A DNA stretch of 62,998 nucleotides, filler included. It is 7 parts of 7 records of this genome, joined end to end, with 100 filler letters (N's around TTAATTAATTAA, not from the genome) between each part and the next. Parts side by side here need not be neighbours in the genome. Positions count along the whole stretch, not along the records: positions 1 to 15,117 come from DRR723986_47386; 6 more parts are not named here. The stretch is one strand, 5' to 3'. Made by a program: the position numbers and the translations under genes. The notes below the pieces were generated by a model that made no database searches, was not told where the DNA came from, and saw only the letters and a list, made by a program, of their open reading frames with translations. Shown one piece after another: positions 1-10,764 of this stretch (position 1 is its first letter; each line of letters begins with the position of its first letter).

Positions 1-1654
1 TGGATCCAAAATCGTAACAGGCAAACCTATGTTTGCTATGGATCATAAGGTAGAAGGGATGAAGTATGCGGCTATCGTTCATCCACCTGCATTTGGGATG
101 AAGATCAAATCCTTTGACAAAAGTTCGGTGACTTCTATGCCTGGAATTCAGGATGCATTTGAAGTAAAGATTTTTAAAGATGATTATGGCCGTAATTTCT
201 TTGACACCACGACATTCCCGGAGATCATTGCCATAGTTGGCAATTCCACCTGGGAAGTATTACAGGCCAAGAAAAGCATCAAAGCAGAATGGGAGAAAGC
301 ACCGGAAAGCAATTTCAAAATGGCTGGATGGGGAGGAAATATATCTGACGTCAAAGTTCCTAGCGGGCTGGAAAACTCCAATACGCATAAGGAAAAGATG
401 GCCGAGTATATCACTAAACCTGGAAATGTGCTTAGAAAAGACGGTGATCCTGAGGCTGCTTTCAAGAAAGCTGCAAGAGTTCTCGAGAGAACTTATACCG
501 CTCCTTTTTTGGCACATAATACCATGGAGCCTATGAATGCATTTGCGGATGTGAAAGGAGACAAAGCCGTCATCTATGGACCAACCCAAGCTCCTGAACA
601 GATCAGTCAAACGCTTTCAAGCAGTCTGGGAATACCTAAAGAAAATATTCAAATCAACCTTGCCCGTATGGGCGGTGGATTTGGCCGAAGGGCTTATAGC
701 CATCATTTGACTGAGGCCGCCTTAATTTCCCAGAAAATCCAGGCTCCAGTGAAAATGGTCTATACCCGAGAGGATGATATGAGCGCCGGTGTTTACAGAC
801 CTACCTATTCTGCCACTTACCGCGCTGCCTTGGATGAAAACAATAATCTACTCGCGCTGCATGTCAAAGCAGGTGGGATTCCGGAATCTCCTATTCATGC
901 AAATAGATTCCCAGCTGGGGCAATTGATAATTACCTGGCAGAAGGCTGGCAAATTGAATCCAATATTACTATTGGTGCTTTCAGAGCGCCTAGATCCAAC
1001 TTTATCGCCGGAGCAGAGCAAAGCTTCCTGGACGAATTGGCAGAGGAAATGGGTAAAGATCCAATAGAATTCCGTTTGGAGTTATTGAAGCGTGCTGAAA
1101 CAAATCCCGTGGGCAAGGACAATGACTATGATCCTAAGCGATATGCTGGAGTGCTGGAATTAGTGAGGGATAAGTCCAACTGGTCCAATGTTCCAAATGG
1201 AATTTCCCGAGGCGTATCGGCCTATTTCTGTCATAACTCCTATGTAGCCGAAGTGGTGGATGTGAGTATCAAGGACAATCAGCCCGTAGTAGAAAATGTC
1301 TATGCTGCGGTGGATTGCGGAATCGTAGTAAATCCAGACGCAGCGGCCAACATGGGTGAAGGGGCGATAATTGATGGGATAGGCAATGCATTCTATGGGG
1401 AAATGGCATTTGAAGACGGAGCTCCTACCAAAAGAAATTTCGACACGTATAGAATGATCCGACACTCAGAAGCTCCTAAGAAAATTGAGGTTCATTTCGT
1501 GCAAAACAACGAGGCTCCGACAGGACTTGGAGAACCACTCTTCCCTCCTGTTTTTGCTGCTTTGGGAAATTCGCTTTACAAAGCAACTGGCAAAAGGCTT
1601 TATGAGCAACCATTCCAGCCCCAAATACTAGAAATGAAAAATTTAAGAATGTAA
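1..1654 (+). CDS. Xanthine dehydrogenase-family molybdopterin-binding subunit (isoquinoline 1-oxidoreductase beta-like), 5'-truncated
   Basis: Motifs AHNTMEPMNA, GGGFGRR, FRAP, VDCG and GLGEP; the frame is open from the window start (GSKIVTGKP precedes the ATG at 29). Confidence 0.9.
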   Translation, partial: GSKIVTGKPMFAMDHKVEGMKYAAIVHPPAFGMKIKSFDKSSVTSMPGIQDAFEVKIFKDDYGRNFFDTTTFPEIIAIVGNSTWEVLQAKKSIKAEWEKAPESNFKMAGWGGNISDVKVPSGLENSNTHKEKMAEYITKPGNVLRKDGDPEAAFKKAARVLERTYTAPFLAHNTMEPMNAFADVKGDKAVIYGPTQAPEQISQTLSSSLGIPKENIQINLARMGGGFGRRAYSHHLTEAALISQKIQAPVKMVYTREDDMSAGVYRPTYSATYRAALDENNNLLALHVKAGGIPESPIHANRFPAGAIDNYLAEGWQIESNITIGAFRAPRSNFIAGAEQSFLDELAEEMGKDPIEFRLELLKRAETNPVGKDNDYDPKRYAGVLELVRDKSNWSNVPNGISRGVSAYFCHNSYVAEVVDVSIKDNQPVVENVYAAVDCGIVVNPDAAANMGEGAIIDGIGNAFYGEMAFEDGAPTKRNFDTYRMIRHSEAPKKIEVHFVQNNEAPTGLGEPLFPPVFAALGNSLYKATGKRLYEQPFQPQILEMKNLRM

Positions 1655-1677
1655 GTTCTTATCCAAAAGAATCGACT

Positions 1678-1724
1678 TTGGCTATGTCAATGAGGGCTTG
1701 ATTTCAAGCTATTGACATAGTCAA
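1678..1724. terminator. Hairpin between convergent genes (probable bidirectional terminator)
   Basis: TTGGCTATGTCAAT...ATTGACATAGTCAA inverted repeat with an inner CTTGA/TCAAG stem. Confidence 0.55.
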
Positions 1725-1849
1725 GTGTTGATTTGGTTACTCCAAATTTTTAGAAGGTGAACTGCAAATAAGCGGGCTACTGGAATAACAAATGGAGCAG
1801 AAACGACTAGATCACTATTCTCCCCATCCATATAGTACACTTCGCACTC

Positions 1850-3472
1850 TTAATTGAGAACCTTAGGCTCAAGCCAAATCAAAGTCAAAACCAATATAAA
1901 CATCCCAAACCAAAGCCAATCAGAGATTTTCTCTTTCGAATTATTAATTGTTGAAGAAGTATCCTTATTCGAATACATAGTCAAAAAATCCGCCCGGAGC
2001 TTAGTAGCTCTCAAACTTGGCCATTCACCTGCTGCATAGCTATAAAACTCCAAGCTATCTGCTAAAGAAACCCATCCGGAGTCCAGACTCACAAAGCGCC
2101 CAGTCCTGCTAAAAGGATTTACCAGAGATGGTTGTAAAAAAACTGAATCGGATTCAATAGCAATAAAATCAGCTATGGATTCTTCTTCATTGATCTGAAT
2201 TTCAGCCTGCAAGCCTCCAAAAACAGGTTGATTAAGTTCAACAGCTCCAGATTCCTGAGGTAGCATAGCTCCCAGGATTTGCTGCCAAATTGCCTGATAT
2301 CTCAAGCTATCACCGGCAAGTTTGATTGGGAAAGTGCTTTCTAAAAGACTCAGGCCTATCTTGGCATTTCCAATTTGCTGAACAGCAAAAGCATTATCGA
2401 AGATTAGTTTCTGTGCGATTACGGATTCAAATTCATATGGAGCACTTTCCAAGTCCCCATCGATCTCCCGACTTTCTTCGTTACTTGTTCGCTTTACTTT
2501 AAAGCTGGTGCCAAAGGCCTTGTTAATAGCGGCGACATCGTTGTTTACCTCGTATCCATTCATCACCAAAACTGATGCTCCCTCTTCGATGGCATCCAGC
2601 GTTGACTTCTTGGAAAGTTGAGCAGGATCAATAATCAGGAACTGCAGGGAATCAGGTTCGGAATTTCCCGAGCGGATCACCGCGTTTTTTGAAATAGCAA
2701 TTTGCTCATTCACCTGTTCCCCTGAGTTGATTAAATACTGAGTCAAAGTTCTGATTTCGGCATCAGGAAAAGCAAACTGCAGCTTATACTGGATTGGTTT
2801 GGACGGCTGAACAAAGAAATTAACCCTTCCCAGCAAACTATCATTCCTCATCAATTCCAACGCATTTCTCCCCACTACCTGTGCAGGAAATTCGAATTCA
2901 AAAATCCCAGAGTTTGCTTCTATGGTGGTTTCTACCAGTAAGTCACCTTGCTGCGTCAGTGATAACCTCAGGGTATCCGCGGATTCTATTCTTCCTTTCA
3001 CTACTTGCATTTCCCCTTTCCTGAGAATGCCTTTCCACTTCAAATAAGTTATTGACCCGCGTTCAGAATCAGTTACCCATCGAATATCTTTATTCCCGAG
3101 ACCCAACAATTGTTGTTCTGAGAAGTCGGAACCTAACAGATAAACTGGATTTCCATCCCCTTGAAATTTAGAAATCTCATTAGTCCTTTTGACCTTTAAA
3201 CTATCTTTCCAGAAACCAATTTCATGGTTAGCCTGCTCTGAAGAGTATAGCAATATCGCTTCCTCCGGTAGATTGGAGGTCCAAGTAGGTTGAAAAATAT
3301 AAGCTATAAGCAAGAGTCCAAAAAGGAAGTTCAATGCCATTCTAATTGCTTTCCTTGAGCTACTAAGATTCTTCTTCAGTATCCAAAAAAGCTGAACGCA
3401 AAGAATAACACAAATTGCCACAGCAAACAGCCAAGCCCAAGTCCAGGAAATCAGAGGTTCAAATTGAATCAT
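1850..3472 (-). CDS. Conserved hypothetical membrane protein, last gene of the TldD/MoxR operon
   Basis: 540-aa ORF with two N-terminal and one C-terminal hydrophobic helices; overlaps the upstream stop codon. Confidence 0.7.
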   Translation of the reverse strand: MIQFEPLISWTWAWLFAVAICVILCVQLFWILKKNLSSSRKAIRMALNFLFGLLLIAYIFQPTWTSNLPEEAILLYSSEQANHEIGFWKDSLKVKRTNEISKFQGDGNPVYLLGSDFSEQQLLGLGNKDIRWVTDSERGSITYLKWKGILRKGEMQVVKGRIESADTLRLSLTQQGDLLVETTIEANSGIFEFEFPAQVVGRNALELMRNDSLLGRVNFFVQPSKPIQYKLQFAFPDAEIRTLTQYLINSGEQVNEQIAISKNAVIRSGNSEPDSLQFLIIDPAQLSKKSTLDAIEEGASVLVMNGYEVNNDVAAINKAFGTSFKVKRTSNEESREIDGDLESAPYEFESVIAQKLIFDNAFAVQQIGNAKIGLSLLESTFPIKLAGDSLRYQAIWQQILGAMLPQESGAVELNQPVFGGLQAEIQINEEESIADFIAIESDSVFLQPSLVNPFSRTGRFVSLDSGWVSLADSLEFYSYAAGEWPSLRATKLRADFLTMYSNKDTSSTINNSKEKISDWLWFGMFILVLTLIWLEPKVLN

Positions 3473-5637
3473 TGTAACTTACTCCAAAAGGCTTTTTCTA
3501 ATTCTTTTTGTTTGAGAAAAGATGCATTCACACCTTCTCTGCGGGCGATCAAAGGATATAATTTTTGAAACAGTTCCTTCTTTCCTTCCTCGTTTATTTT
3601 GCCGGAATTCAACTCCTGAAGCTGCAATAACACCGACCAATCTTGCATACCGGAATAGTTCATTCGGGCTGTCCAGAGTTCTCCGAATTTCTGCACCAAA
3701 GCCTTATCGACGGCAGAAAGCTGCTGCTTTGGCAACAAGCCTAGAACCTGAGATGCTAATGGCGTTAGTCGACTTTCCATAGCAATTTGATCTATTTCAA
3801 TTTGATCTTTCAAATCCTCCAATTCACCTGTCAGTCGCTTTTCCTCTTCCTTGATTGGAGGCGGATCAAAACCCGTTCTCTTCACATAAGCTCGTGATTT
3901 TTGCTGTACGCTTTTCAGGTATTCCAATGCTTTGTGTTGAAATGGCAGGGCTTTTTCCGGTTCAAATAGGCGAAGATGCAGCTCAGACTCCCACATTTCC
4001 TCCAATGCCATTTTCAAAAGGCTCATCGAAGAATTTTCATCCATTTTAGCCTTCGTAGATGTCTGGGTTTTATTCAGAAATGCACTCATTAGGCCCCCCA
4101 TTCCGTCTTCGAGGTTGTTTGTCTCTGCTTTCTTAGATTCGCTACCTGATTTTTCTTTTTCAGGCTCAGCTACCAAATTGACAACTCCAGCTTCGTGAGG
4201 GTGATCATGGTCATGTCCAGCGAGGAAATCCACGGGTTCAGAGCCATTATTAGTTTCTGAGTTTTCCTCACCTAGATACTGACCGTAGCGCATTCTAAGA
4301 AGCTTCTGATCGCTACCTATCAGGTTGGATGCTGAATTAAATTCTTTCTCAGACATATTTTTCTGAGTCGCTATGAGATTTTCAGTATCAATAATAATCT
4401 GTCGCTGGCTACGGAAATACTCAGGCATCACATGGATCGCCATGCCTATCAGGTCCTGTTCTTCCACCCCTGTGGAATCTACATAATTGAGAAAGTAGGT
4501 GTCAGAGCGGGAGAAATTAGGCTCAGGCAATCTATTATCCATGGCGGCCCAATAGTAATACAATTCATCCCCGGGCTGAAAATCGAATGATTTCAAATCC
4601 AAGGTGACCGCTAGCTCTTCAGATTTGAAATTCAGTTTAGGAATGGAAATTCGGTTCTCTCTGAACTTCACATTCTCGCCAGAACCTCTTGCTAATGTTG
4701 CCACCAAATAAACTTCCTTTATTTTGAAATCATCAGACACTTTGGCTTTCACTTGCATGACCTGTGGATCCTTGGTGAAGTGGTACTTGTAAAGCTCCTT
4801 TTCACTGGGCTGAATCACAGGAGCCAAATCGTCAATGGCCTCCAATGGAAAAAAATCAGATTCGTATACCACCTTTTCATCTCTCCTTGCCTGAAGGGCA
4901 TAAATCCCAGATCCAATCACTTTATCCTGAAGAATAAATTTTTCTTCGGATTTGGTAAAAGGCAGACTTTTCCCATTCGAATTGATCAATTCTAAAGATA
5001 CATCCTTGGCATTCACCATTTCCACAACCCACTTAATATCAGAGTTTATAATTGTCTTAACCGAAAGTTCTGATTGAAGAGTATTTGGCAACTCGGTATA
5101 GGCTGGCGGGACGATGGAAATTTCCACAGAACTCATTTCCACTGGCAAATTTACCACTGAATTCACCTCCAGTTTATCTTCAAGTTTAACCTGAGTTTTG
5201 GATGAATTTTCCGTCGGTAAGCTCAAAAGCAATAGACCATAAACTGCGAAAACTAGAAGTACCGCACTCAGGAAAGGCCAGGAATTCTTATACCAAATCT
5301 GAATACCTTCCCCTTTAAAAGTAGCATTCACACGCTCCCATTGAAGTTGCTCAGCGATGTTTTTTGATGGTTTGGAAAGAAGTTCCAAACTGAACTCCAA
5401 GTCAGGAAAACTATTATGAAGTAGCATTATAGCCTGTATTCGCTTAGGTTGGAACAAACCCAAAAAATACCCGAAAACCAAGAATCCACTCAACCCTATT
5501 ACGCTAATCGCAAAGATAGAAGAAGTGAAAATCATGGAAAATACAGCCAGAGCAAACCCTGAGAGCAATGCTTTCAACCCAACTTGCAGAAAGAGTTGAC
5601 GCTCAATATTGGCGATATAACGCTCGATTTTGCTCAT
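3469..5637 (-). CDS. DUF4175-like membrane-anchored protein
   Basis: N-terminal TM helices, beta-rich middle, PEYFRSQRQIIIDTE, DQKLLRMRYGQYLGEE, His-rich HDHDHPH and a helical C-terminus. Confidence 0.65.
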   Translation of the reverse strand: MSKIERYIANIERQLFLQVGLKALLSGFALAVFSMIFTSSIFAISVIGLSGFLVFGYFLGLFQPKRIQAIMLLHNSFPDLEFSLELLSKPSKNIAEQLQWERVNATFKGEGIQIWYKNSWPFLSAVLLVFAVYGLLLLSLPTENSSKTQVKLEDKLEVNSVVNLPVEMSSVEISIVPPAYTELPNTLQSELSVKTIINSDIKWVVEMVNAKDVSLELINSNGKSLPFTKSEEKFILQDKVIGSGIYALQARRDEKVVYESDFFPLEAIDDLAPVIQPSEKELYKYHFTKDPQVMQVKAKVSDDFKIKEVYLVATLARGSGENVKFRENRISIPKLNFKSEELAVTLDLKSFDFQPGDELYYYWAAMDNRLPEPNFSRSDTYFLNYVDSTGVEEQDLIGMAIHVMPEYFRSQRQIIIDTENLIATQKNMSEKEFNSASNLIGSDQKLLRMRYGQYLGEENSETNNGSEPVDFLAGHDHDHPHEAGVVNLVAEPEKEKSGSESKKAETNNLEDGMGGLMSAFLNKTQTSTKAKMDENSSMSLLKMALEEMWESELHLRLFEPEKALPFQHKALEYLKSVQQKSRAYVKRTGFDPPPIKEEEKRLTGELEDLKDQIEIDQIAMESRLTPLASQVLGLLPKQQLSAVDKALVQKFGELWTARMNYSGMQDWSVLLQLQELNSGKINEEGKKELFQKLYPLIARREGVNASFLKQKELEKAFWSKLQ

Positions 5638-6806
5638 ATCCCTTGTTGGTTTGCAAAGTATCTCTCAGCTGCAAAACAAAGCAACAATAGCCCTAAAAGG
5701 AGCAAATCGAGGTTGGCTTTCTTTTCCTGGGTATTTCCCCCTCCAACAATAAACCTGCGCTCAAACTGAGACTGACTCAACTTTACATCTTGCTGCTCAA
5801 TTCCAGAAAATGAGAGAAATTCCTCCAAAATCACTTCTGGAAGCTTTCCTGTCTGAACTAACTCAGATTCCTCAAAATCCAACTGATCAGAGAAAGTAAG
5901 CAGGTTTGATTGCTCTGAATAGGAATAATTATCCGAGACAAAGTAAAGCTTATCACTCTTCCTTTCAGCAGGCAGCTTGCTATCGAAAATCAACTTTGCC
6001 TCTTCCAACTGCTGCATTTCTTCAAACTCAAACCCGTAAACATCATTGATTGCATCTAGAGCGGCTTGGATAAATGTCCGCTCTGAAGAAGACACTTCAT
6101 TCAAAAAGTATCTAAATCGTTCCTTCTCAAGCACTCTTTCCCCTTCGGCTTGTTGCCCTTTTGGAAGAGAATCCAATAATCCTTGCTCGTTTACTACCAG
6201 TGTTTTTTCTCCACCTAAAGAGAAGGCCTGAGGCTTTGGCGTAGTAATATCAGCTCTTCCCAAGTACAGGTTTGGTTTGAAATTGCTTAAAAAGAACGAT
6301 GAACCAAATGTGTTTTCTGAATTGCTCAAATACAGATTCAGGTCAGTAGCTTCAGAAGGAAGCTTATTCAGAGATGCCTGAAGATTTAAAGTCATATCAT
6401 CAAAAAGCAAATCCTCTATGGATTCAATTGGGGTCAAAGCTTCATCTGCCCAATAGACCTTGTCACCTTTTTCCAGCGCCTGCTGAAGCTCAAATTTATA
6501 TTCCTCAGTGATCTGCCCACTAGGTTGTACCAGATGAACAATCCGCTCTTCAGAGACTTTATTATGCTTTGGAACAAACAGCTTACTGAGCAATAATACC
6601 AATATCACAAGCATCAGAATCCGCAGCAAAAGCACCAAGATATTTTCTAATCGTATGCCTTTTGCAATAGAACTTTCCTGAGTTGGGAGCCAATGCATCG
6701 CTGCCCAAGACATTACCTTTCCCTTTCTTCCACGCCACAGGTGGATAAGAAAAGGTATGCTAATTCCGAGCAAACCCCAAAGCAATATGGGCTGTAGCAA
6801 CTGCAT
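5634..6806 (-). CDS. BatA (aerotolerance regulator N-terminal) domain membrane protein
   Basis: LWGLLGISIPFLIHLW...LLLRILM N-terminus and C-terminal TM ending in AER. Confidence 0.8.
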   Translation of the reverse strand: MQLLQPILLWGLLGISIPFLIHLWRGRKGKVMSWAAMHWLPTQESSIAKGIRLENILVLLLRILMLVILVLLLSKLFVPKHNKVSEERIVHLVQPSGQITEEYKFELQQALEKGDKVYWADEALTPIESIEDLLFDDMTLNLQASLNKLPSEATDLNLYLSNSENTFGSSFFLSNFKPNLYLGRADITTPKPQAFSLGGEKTLVVNEQGLLDSLPKGQQAEGERVLEKERFRYFLNEVSSSERTFIQAALDAINDVYGFEFEEMQQLEEAKLIFDSKLPAERKSDKLYFVSDNYSYSEQSNLLTFSDQLDFEESELVQTGKLPEVILEEFLSFSGIEQQDVKLSQSQFERRFIVGGGNTQEKKANLDLLLLGLLLLCFAAERYFANQQGI

Positions 6807-7675
6807 CAGAATAGGGATCTTTGGGATAAAAATTCACTGATCACACCGGCGATAGAATCCGTCAATCGCACCTGAAACAAATGAACTTGAGGTAGAAGTA
6901 AAGATTGTTTAAACTCTGATAAATAATTCTTTATAGAATCGTTATAGGTTTTTTCTATCACCTTTCCATCTAGAATAATTGATCGATCTGACTCCAAATC
7001 CTGAAGTGTAAAATTGCCCTTTAAATCAAACGCCATTTCCTGATTTCCTAAAATCTGAAATAGCACAATCTCCTTTTTGGGATGGCGCATTTGCTCCACT
7101 ATGTCTAGCCACTCATTTTCCTTTTGCAAAAAATCAGAAACCAGAATGATCAATTCCTTCTGCCTGCTTTTCAAAACTGGGAACACCTGCTTTGACACTG
7201 GCCAAGAACCTGCCGCTGTCTCTTCTTCCAAAAAGTACAGCATGCGTTGGAAAGCTTTGGGAGATGCAGAGACCTTCTGCTCCACTCTACCATCCTGACA
7301 GGTAAAATAACTCAATGAATCGCCTTGCTGATGTGCTAGGTATGCTAGGGACGCAAGGAGGTTTTTAGCGTAGTCTAAGCGCTTAATCCCATTTTCCTCG
7401 TAGTTCATCGATCCGGACAAATCAAGCATCATACGGATCTGTAAATGGCTCTCTGTTTGGGATTCCTTGATCATATGCTTGCCAGACCTGGAAAAGTACT
7501 TCCAATCTATCCGCTTAGGGTCGTCACCTGGTTCGTAATACCTGTATTGCTCAAACTCAGAACCCACACCTACCCGCTTACCGAGATGTACGCCATGCTT
7601 CAGCTGCTCGCTGATGATCTTAGCGGCGAGCTTAAGGTTATTAAGTTTGATGATTTCCAGATTACTTGCCTGCAT
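6806..7675 (-). CDS. DUF58 domain protein (MoxR-associated, vWA-like)
   Basis: EFEQYRYYEPGDDPKRIDWK, DLSGSM, SDF; likely start MQASN at 7675, although the ORF track extends to 7714. Confidence 0.9.
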   Translation of the reverse strand: MQASNLEIIKLNNLKLAAKIISEQLKHGVHLGKRVGVGSEFEQYRYYEPGDDPKRIDWKYFSRSGKHMIKESQTESHLQIRMMLDLSGSMNYEENGIKRLDYAKNLLASLAYLAHQQGDSLSYFTCQDGRVEQKVSASPKAFQRMLYFLEEETAAGSWPVSKQVFPVLKSRQKELIILVSDFLQKENEWLDIVEQMRHPKKEIVLFQILGNQEMAFDLKGNFTLQDLESDRSIILDGKVIEKTYNDSIKNYLSEFKQSLLLPQVHLFQVRLTDSIAGVISEFLSQRSLF

Positions 7676-8666
7676 GTATCGGGAGCGCTTCGAGGATTTT
7701 GAAGATAACCGCATCTGGCTGGATATTCTCAGCTTCTGCCCGGAAATGAAGGGAAAGCCTATGCCTCAAGACAGGATATGCGAGTGTTTTGATATCCTCA
7801 GGAGTGACTGAATAGCGACCTTTCACCAAGGCTCTAGCTTTGGCACAAAGGATCAAAGCCTGTCCGGCACGGGTACCTGCACCCCACTCTACATAATCTA
7901 TAACTGACTGTATTTGTGAATTATCAGGCCTTGTAGCTCGAATTAACTTATTGATGTAAACCAACAGCTGAGAATCTATATGAACCTCTCTTGTCAGCTT
8001 CTGTAAGTTCTGAATATCGCTACCGGTGAAGACTACTTCAGGTTTTCCTTTGTAAGTTCCTGTGGTCTTTTCCAGTACATCCAATTCCTCTTGCTCGGAT
8101 GGATAACCTAATTTGATGTATAAAAGAAAGCGATCTAGCTGCGCTTCTGGTAACGGATAGGTTCCGGCTTGCTCAATCGGGTTTTGCGTCGCTATGATCA
8201 AAAAAGGAGCCGGTAGCGGATGATGCTGCCCTCCGTAGGTCACCACCTTCTCCTGCATGGCTTCCAATAGCGCTGCCTGAGTTTTGGGAGGCGTTCTATT
8301 GATTTCATCAGCCAGCACCATATTGGCGAAGATCGGACCTCTATTGAACTGAAAGAACTTCTTCCCTGTCTCATGGTCTTCTTCCAAGATCTCAGTTCCC
8401 AGAATATCCCCTGGCATCAAATCGGGTGTAAATTGAATTCTTTTGAAGTTCAGCTCCATCCCTTGCGAAAGAGAATTCACCATCAATGTCTTTGCTAGGC
8501 CAGGCACTCCTTCCAGCAAACAATGCCCCCCTGCTAACAGGGTAATGATAATCTCTTCGATCACAGATTCCTGACCGACGATGACTTTAGCTATTTCTTT
8601 TTTGAGCTGGGGAATCTTAGCCACCAACTCCTTATATGCTGTTAATTCTGTGTTTTCCAAACTCAT
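7662..8666 (-). CDS. moxR: MoxR-family AAA+ ATPase
   Basis: LLEGVPGLAKT, RIQFTPDLMPGD, DEINRTPPKTQAALLEAM, ATQNPIEQ, LPEAQLDRF. Confidence 0.95.
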   Translation of the reverse strand: MSLENTELTAYKELVAKIPQLKKEIAKVIVGQESVIEEIIITLLAGGHCLLEGVPGLAKTLMVNSLSQGMELNFKRIQFTPDLMPGDILGTEILEEDHETGKKFFQFNRGPIFANMVLADEINRTPPKTQAALLEAMQEKVVTYGGQHHPLPAPFLIIATQNPIEQAGTYPLPEAQLDRFLLYIKLGYPSEQEELDVLEKTTGTYKGKPEVVFTGSDIQNLQKLTREVHIDSQLLVYINKLIRATRPDNSQIQSVIDYVEWGAGTRAGQALILCAKARALVKGRYSVTPEDIKTLAYPVLRHRLSLHFRAEAENIQPDAVIFKILEALPIHAGK

Positions 8667-9280
8667 TGTGTTAATGCATAAACCACTATGTTGACACCAA
8701 ATTTAGTGTTATCGACTTTCAGGAATCGCTTGTTTCTAAAGTCATAATCCCATTCGCAGCCATAATCTTTATTACTATAAAGGACTCCTATTCTGCCATT
8801 TATCACAATTGCCTTCAAGTAATCATGAATAAGGTCATCTCCCCAGCCATTGAGTTCAAATGAGGTAGCCGGAGGGCCATCTTCGAATTCAAAGAAGGAG
8901 GAATAAATTGGGTGGTTATTGGGGATTTTCTGGAGCGCATCAGCTCCAAAGGTTTTAGCCATTTCGGCTTCAAAGGATTTTGCGAAAAGCCCATCGATGT
9001 CATGATTGCAATCATCGGCAAAGACAAAGCCTCCATTTTCTACATAAGTCTTGAAGTTCTGCCGCTCTACCGAGGAGAACTCCACCAACTTATGTCCGCT
9101 GATATAGCAGAAGGGACTCTTAAAAATCTCCTTGCTACTCAGCTCCACTATTTTTTCCTTTTCGTCCACAGGAATGGTAGTGTATTCCACTAATGAATTT
9201 AGGAGGTTGATCGGCATGCGCTGATCGGTGTCCCAATTGCCGGAATTGTATTTTATTCTAGTGAAGAAGAAAGGTTGCAT
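8663..9280 (-). CDS. DUF4159 domain protein
   Basis: WDTD, ENGGFVFADDC, HPIY, YSNKDYGCEWD, FGVNIVVYALT. Confidence 0.85.
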   Translation of the reverse strand: MQPFFFTRIKYNSGNWDTDQRMPINLLNSLVEYTTIPVDEKEKIVELSSKEIFKSPFCYISGHKLVEFSSVERQNFKTYVENGGFVFADDCNHDIDGLFAKSFEAEMAKTFGADALQKIPNNHPIYSSFFEFEDGPPATSFELNGWGDDLIHDYLKAIVINGRIGVLYSNKDYGCEWDYDFRNKRFLKVDNTKFGVNIVVYALTQ

Positions 9281-9281
9281 T

Positions 9282-9425
9282 TCAGTGAATAGTATTCAGT
9301 ATCATCGCAGCTACGATTAACAGTAGTCAGTCGCTGTTTCAGTTTATAGAAAACAAGTTTCAATAAATAATCAGTGATCAGTAAGCAGCCGAACTGAGAC
9401 TGCAAACTGATCACTGTAAACTGGT
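9282..9425. repeat. Intergenic degenerate ~7-bp-period CAGT/ACTG repeat tract in inverted arrangement
   Basis: CAGTAGT-CAGTCGC and CAGTGAT-CAGTAAG-CAGCCG followed by ACTGAG-ACTGCAA-ACTGATC-ACTGTAA-ACTGG. Confidence 0.6.
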
Positions 9426-10748
9426 TTAAACTGCGTCAGATAAGCTAGTAAAGGTAAAGTCCCGGATCTTCATCGCAGGAATCAGATCACCTCCCACTCG
9501 CTGAGGTTTACCCATTGCTTCAATGTTGTTCAACATGATAATCGGACTCTCATTGAAACGGAAGTTTTTCACAGGGAATTTGATCTGACCGTTCTCAATG
9601 TAGAAAGTACCGTCACGGGTCAAACCAGTAAACAATAGGGTTTGAGGATCTACAGCTCTGATGTACCAGAATCTAGTCACAAGCACACCTCTTTCGGTGC
9701 TTTTAATCATATCTGCAATTGACTCGTTTCCACCAGCAAAGATATACCCACCTCTTCCAGGACTTGAAAGTGGCGGTACGCCTTGCTTCTCGGCCCAATA
9801 CCTAGAGTAAGCGAGATTTTTTACAACACCGTTTTCCACCCAGGTAGTCTTTTGCCTCGGCAGGCCATCACCATCCCAAGGAGAAGAAGGGATTTCTGTA
9901 TTGGTAGGATCAGAAGTGATGGTCACGCGCTCGTCAAATAACTTCTCTCCGAGCCGGGTTCCACCGCCTTTTTTGCTCATAAAGCTTCGCCCCTCGTCAG
10001 CGCTTCTGGCATCAAAGCCTCTAGTGAGCAAGCCAAGTAAATCTCCAGCTGCTGTAGGCTCTAAAATCACTGTGTATTTGCCTGGCTCTATAGCTTGTGC
10101 ATTTGCAGATGCTTGTGCCTTTTGCATAGCAATGCTTGTTACCTCTTTTGAATTCAAAAGGTTTACATCATTAAAATCACGTGTAGCATATCCAGATCCT
10201 GTTCCGTCGGTAGTTCTCACTGTGATAGAAAAATCTACAGAGGTGCTGGTATTATAACCGAATAGCCCTTTGCTGTTTCCAGTTGCTACGAATCCTGAGA
10301 AGTCTTCCAAGTAACCTGCAGCCGTCAGATCTCCTCCACTACTCACCTCTATACTGTCTCCTGCAAGTTTAGCACGAAACTCAGGATCTATTTTATCAGT
10401 AGCCGAACTGAAGGTAGCAGCTTCTGGATAAGTTTGTGGTCCGAGCATAGGCATATACTCTGGGTTTTCTGGAGCTAACTTTGCGATTTCCTCTGCACGC
10501 GCCACCACTTTTTTGAGCGATGCATCATCCAGTTCGTTGGTAGAAGATGACCCTACTTTTTTGCCAAATACCGAATTGACACTTAGTCTAATTTCATTGG
10601 TCTCACCACTGGTGTTAACAGTGTTTCTGGCATATCTAATATTGCCTGTTCTTCCCCCGAAAATGGAAACTTCCATCTCGTCTGCTGTGGAATAGGAAAG
10701 TACTTTATCTATAATTTGCTTTGCTTGTTCTTTAGTTAATATGGCCAT
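9426..10748 (-). CDS. TldD/PmbA family protein (PmbA/TldE-like, non-catalytic subunit)
   Basis: PGKYTVILEP, WDGDG, TGLTRDGTFYIENG, NFRFNES; no HExxxH. Confidence 0.9.
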   Translation of the reverse strand: MAILTKEQAKQIIDKVLSYSTADEMEVSIFGGRTGNIRYARNTVNTSGETNEIRLSVNSVFGKKVGSSSTNELDDASLKKVVARAEEIAKLAPENPEYMPMLGPQTYPEAATFSSATDKIDPEFRAKLAGDSIEVSSGGDLTAAGYLEDFSGFVATGNSKGLFGYNTSTSVDFSITVRTTDGTGSGYATRDFNDVNLLNSKEVTSIAMQKAQASANAQAIEPGKYTVILEPTAAGDLLGLLTRGFDARSADEGRSFMSKKGGGTRLGEKLFDERVTITSDPTNTEIPSSPWDGDGLPRQKTTWVENGVVKNLAYSRYWAEKQGVPPLSSPGRGGYIFAGGNESIADMIKSTERGVLVTRFWYIRAVDPQTLLFTGLTRDGTFYIENGQIKFPVKNFRFNESPIIMLNNIEAMGKPQRVGGDLIPAMKIRDFTFTSLSDAV

Positions 10749-10764
10749 AATTTCCGCGTTGAGG

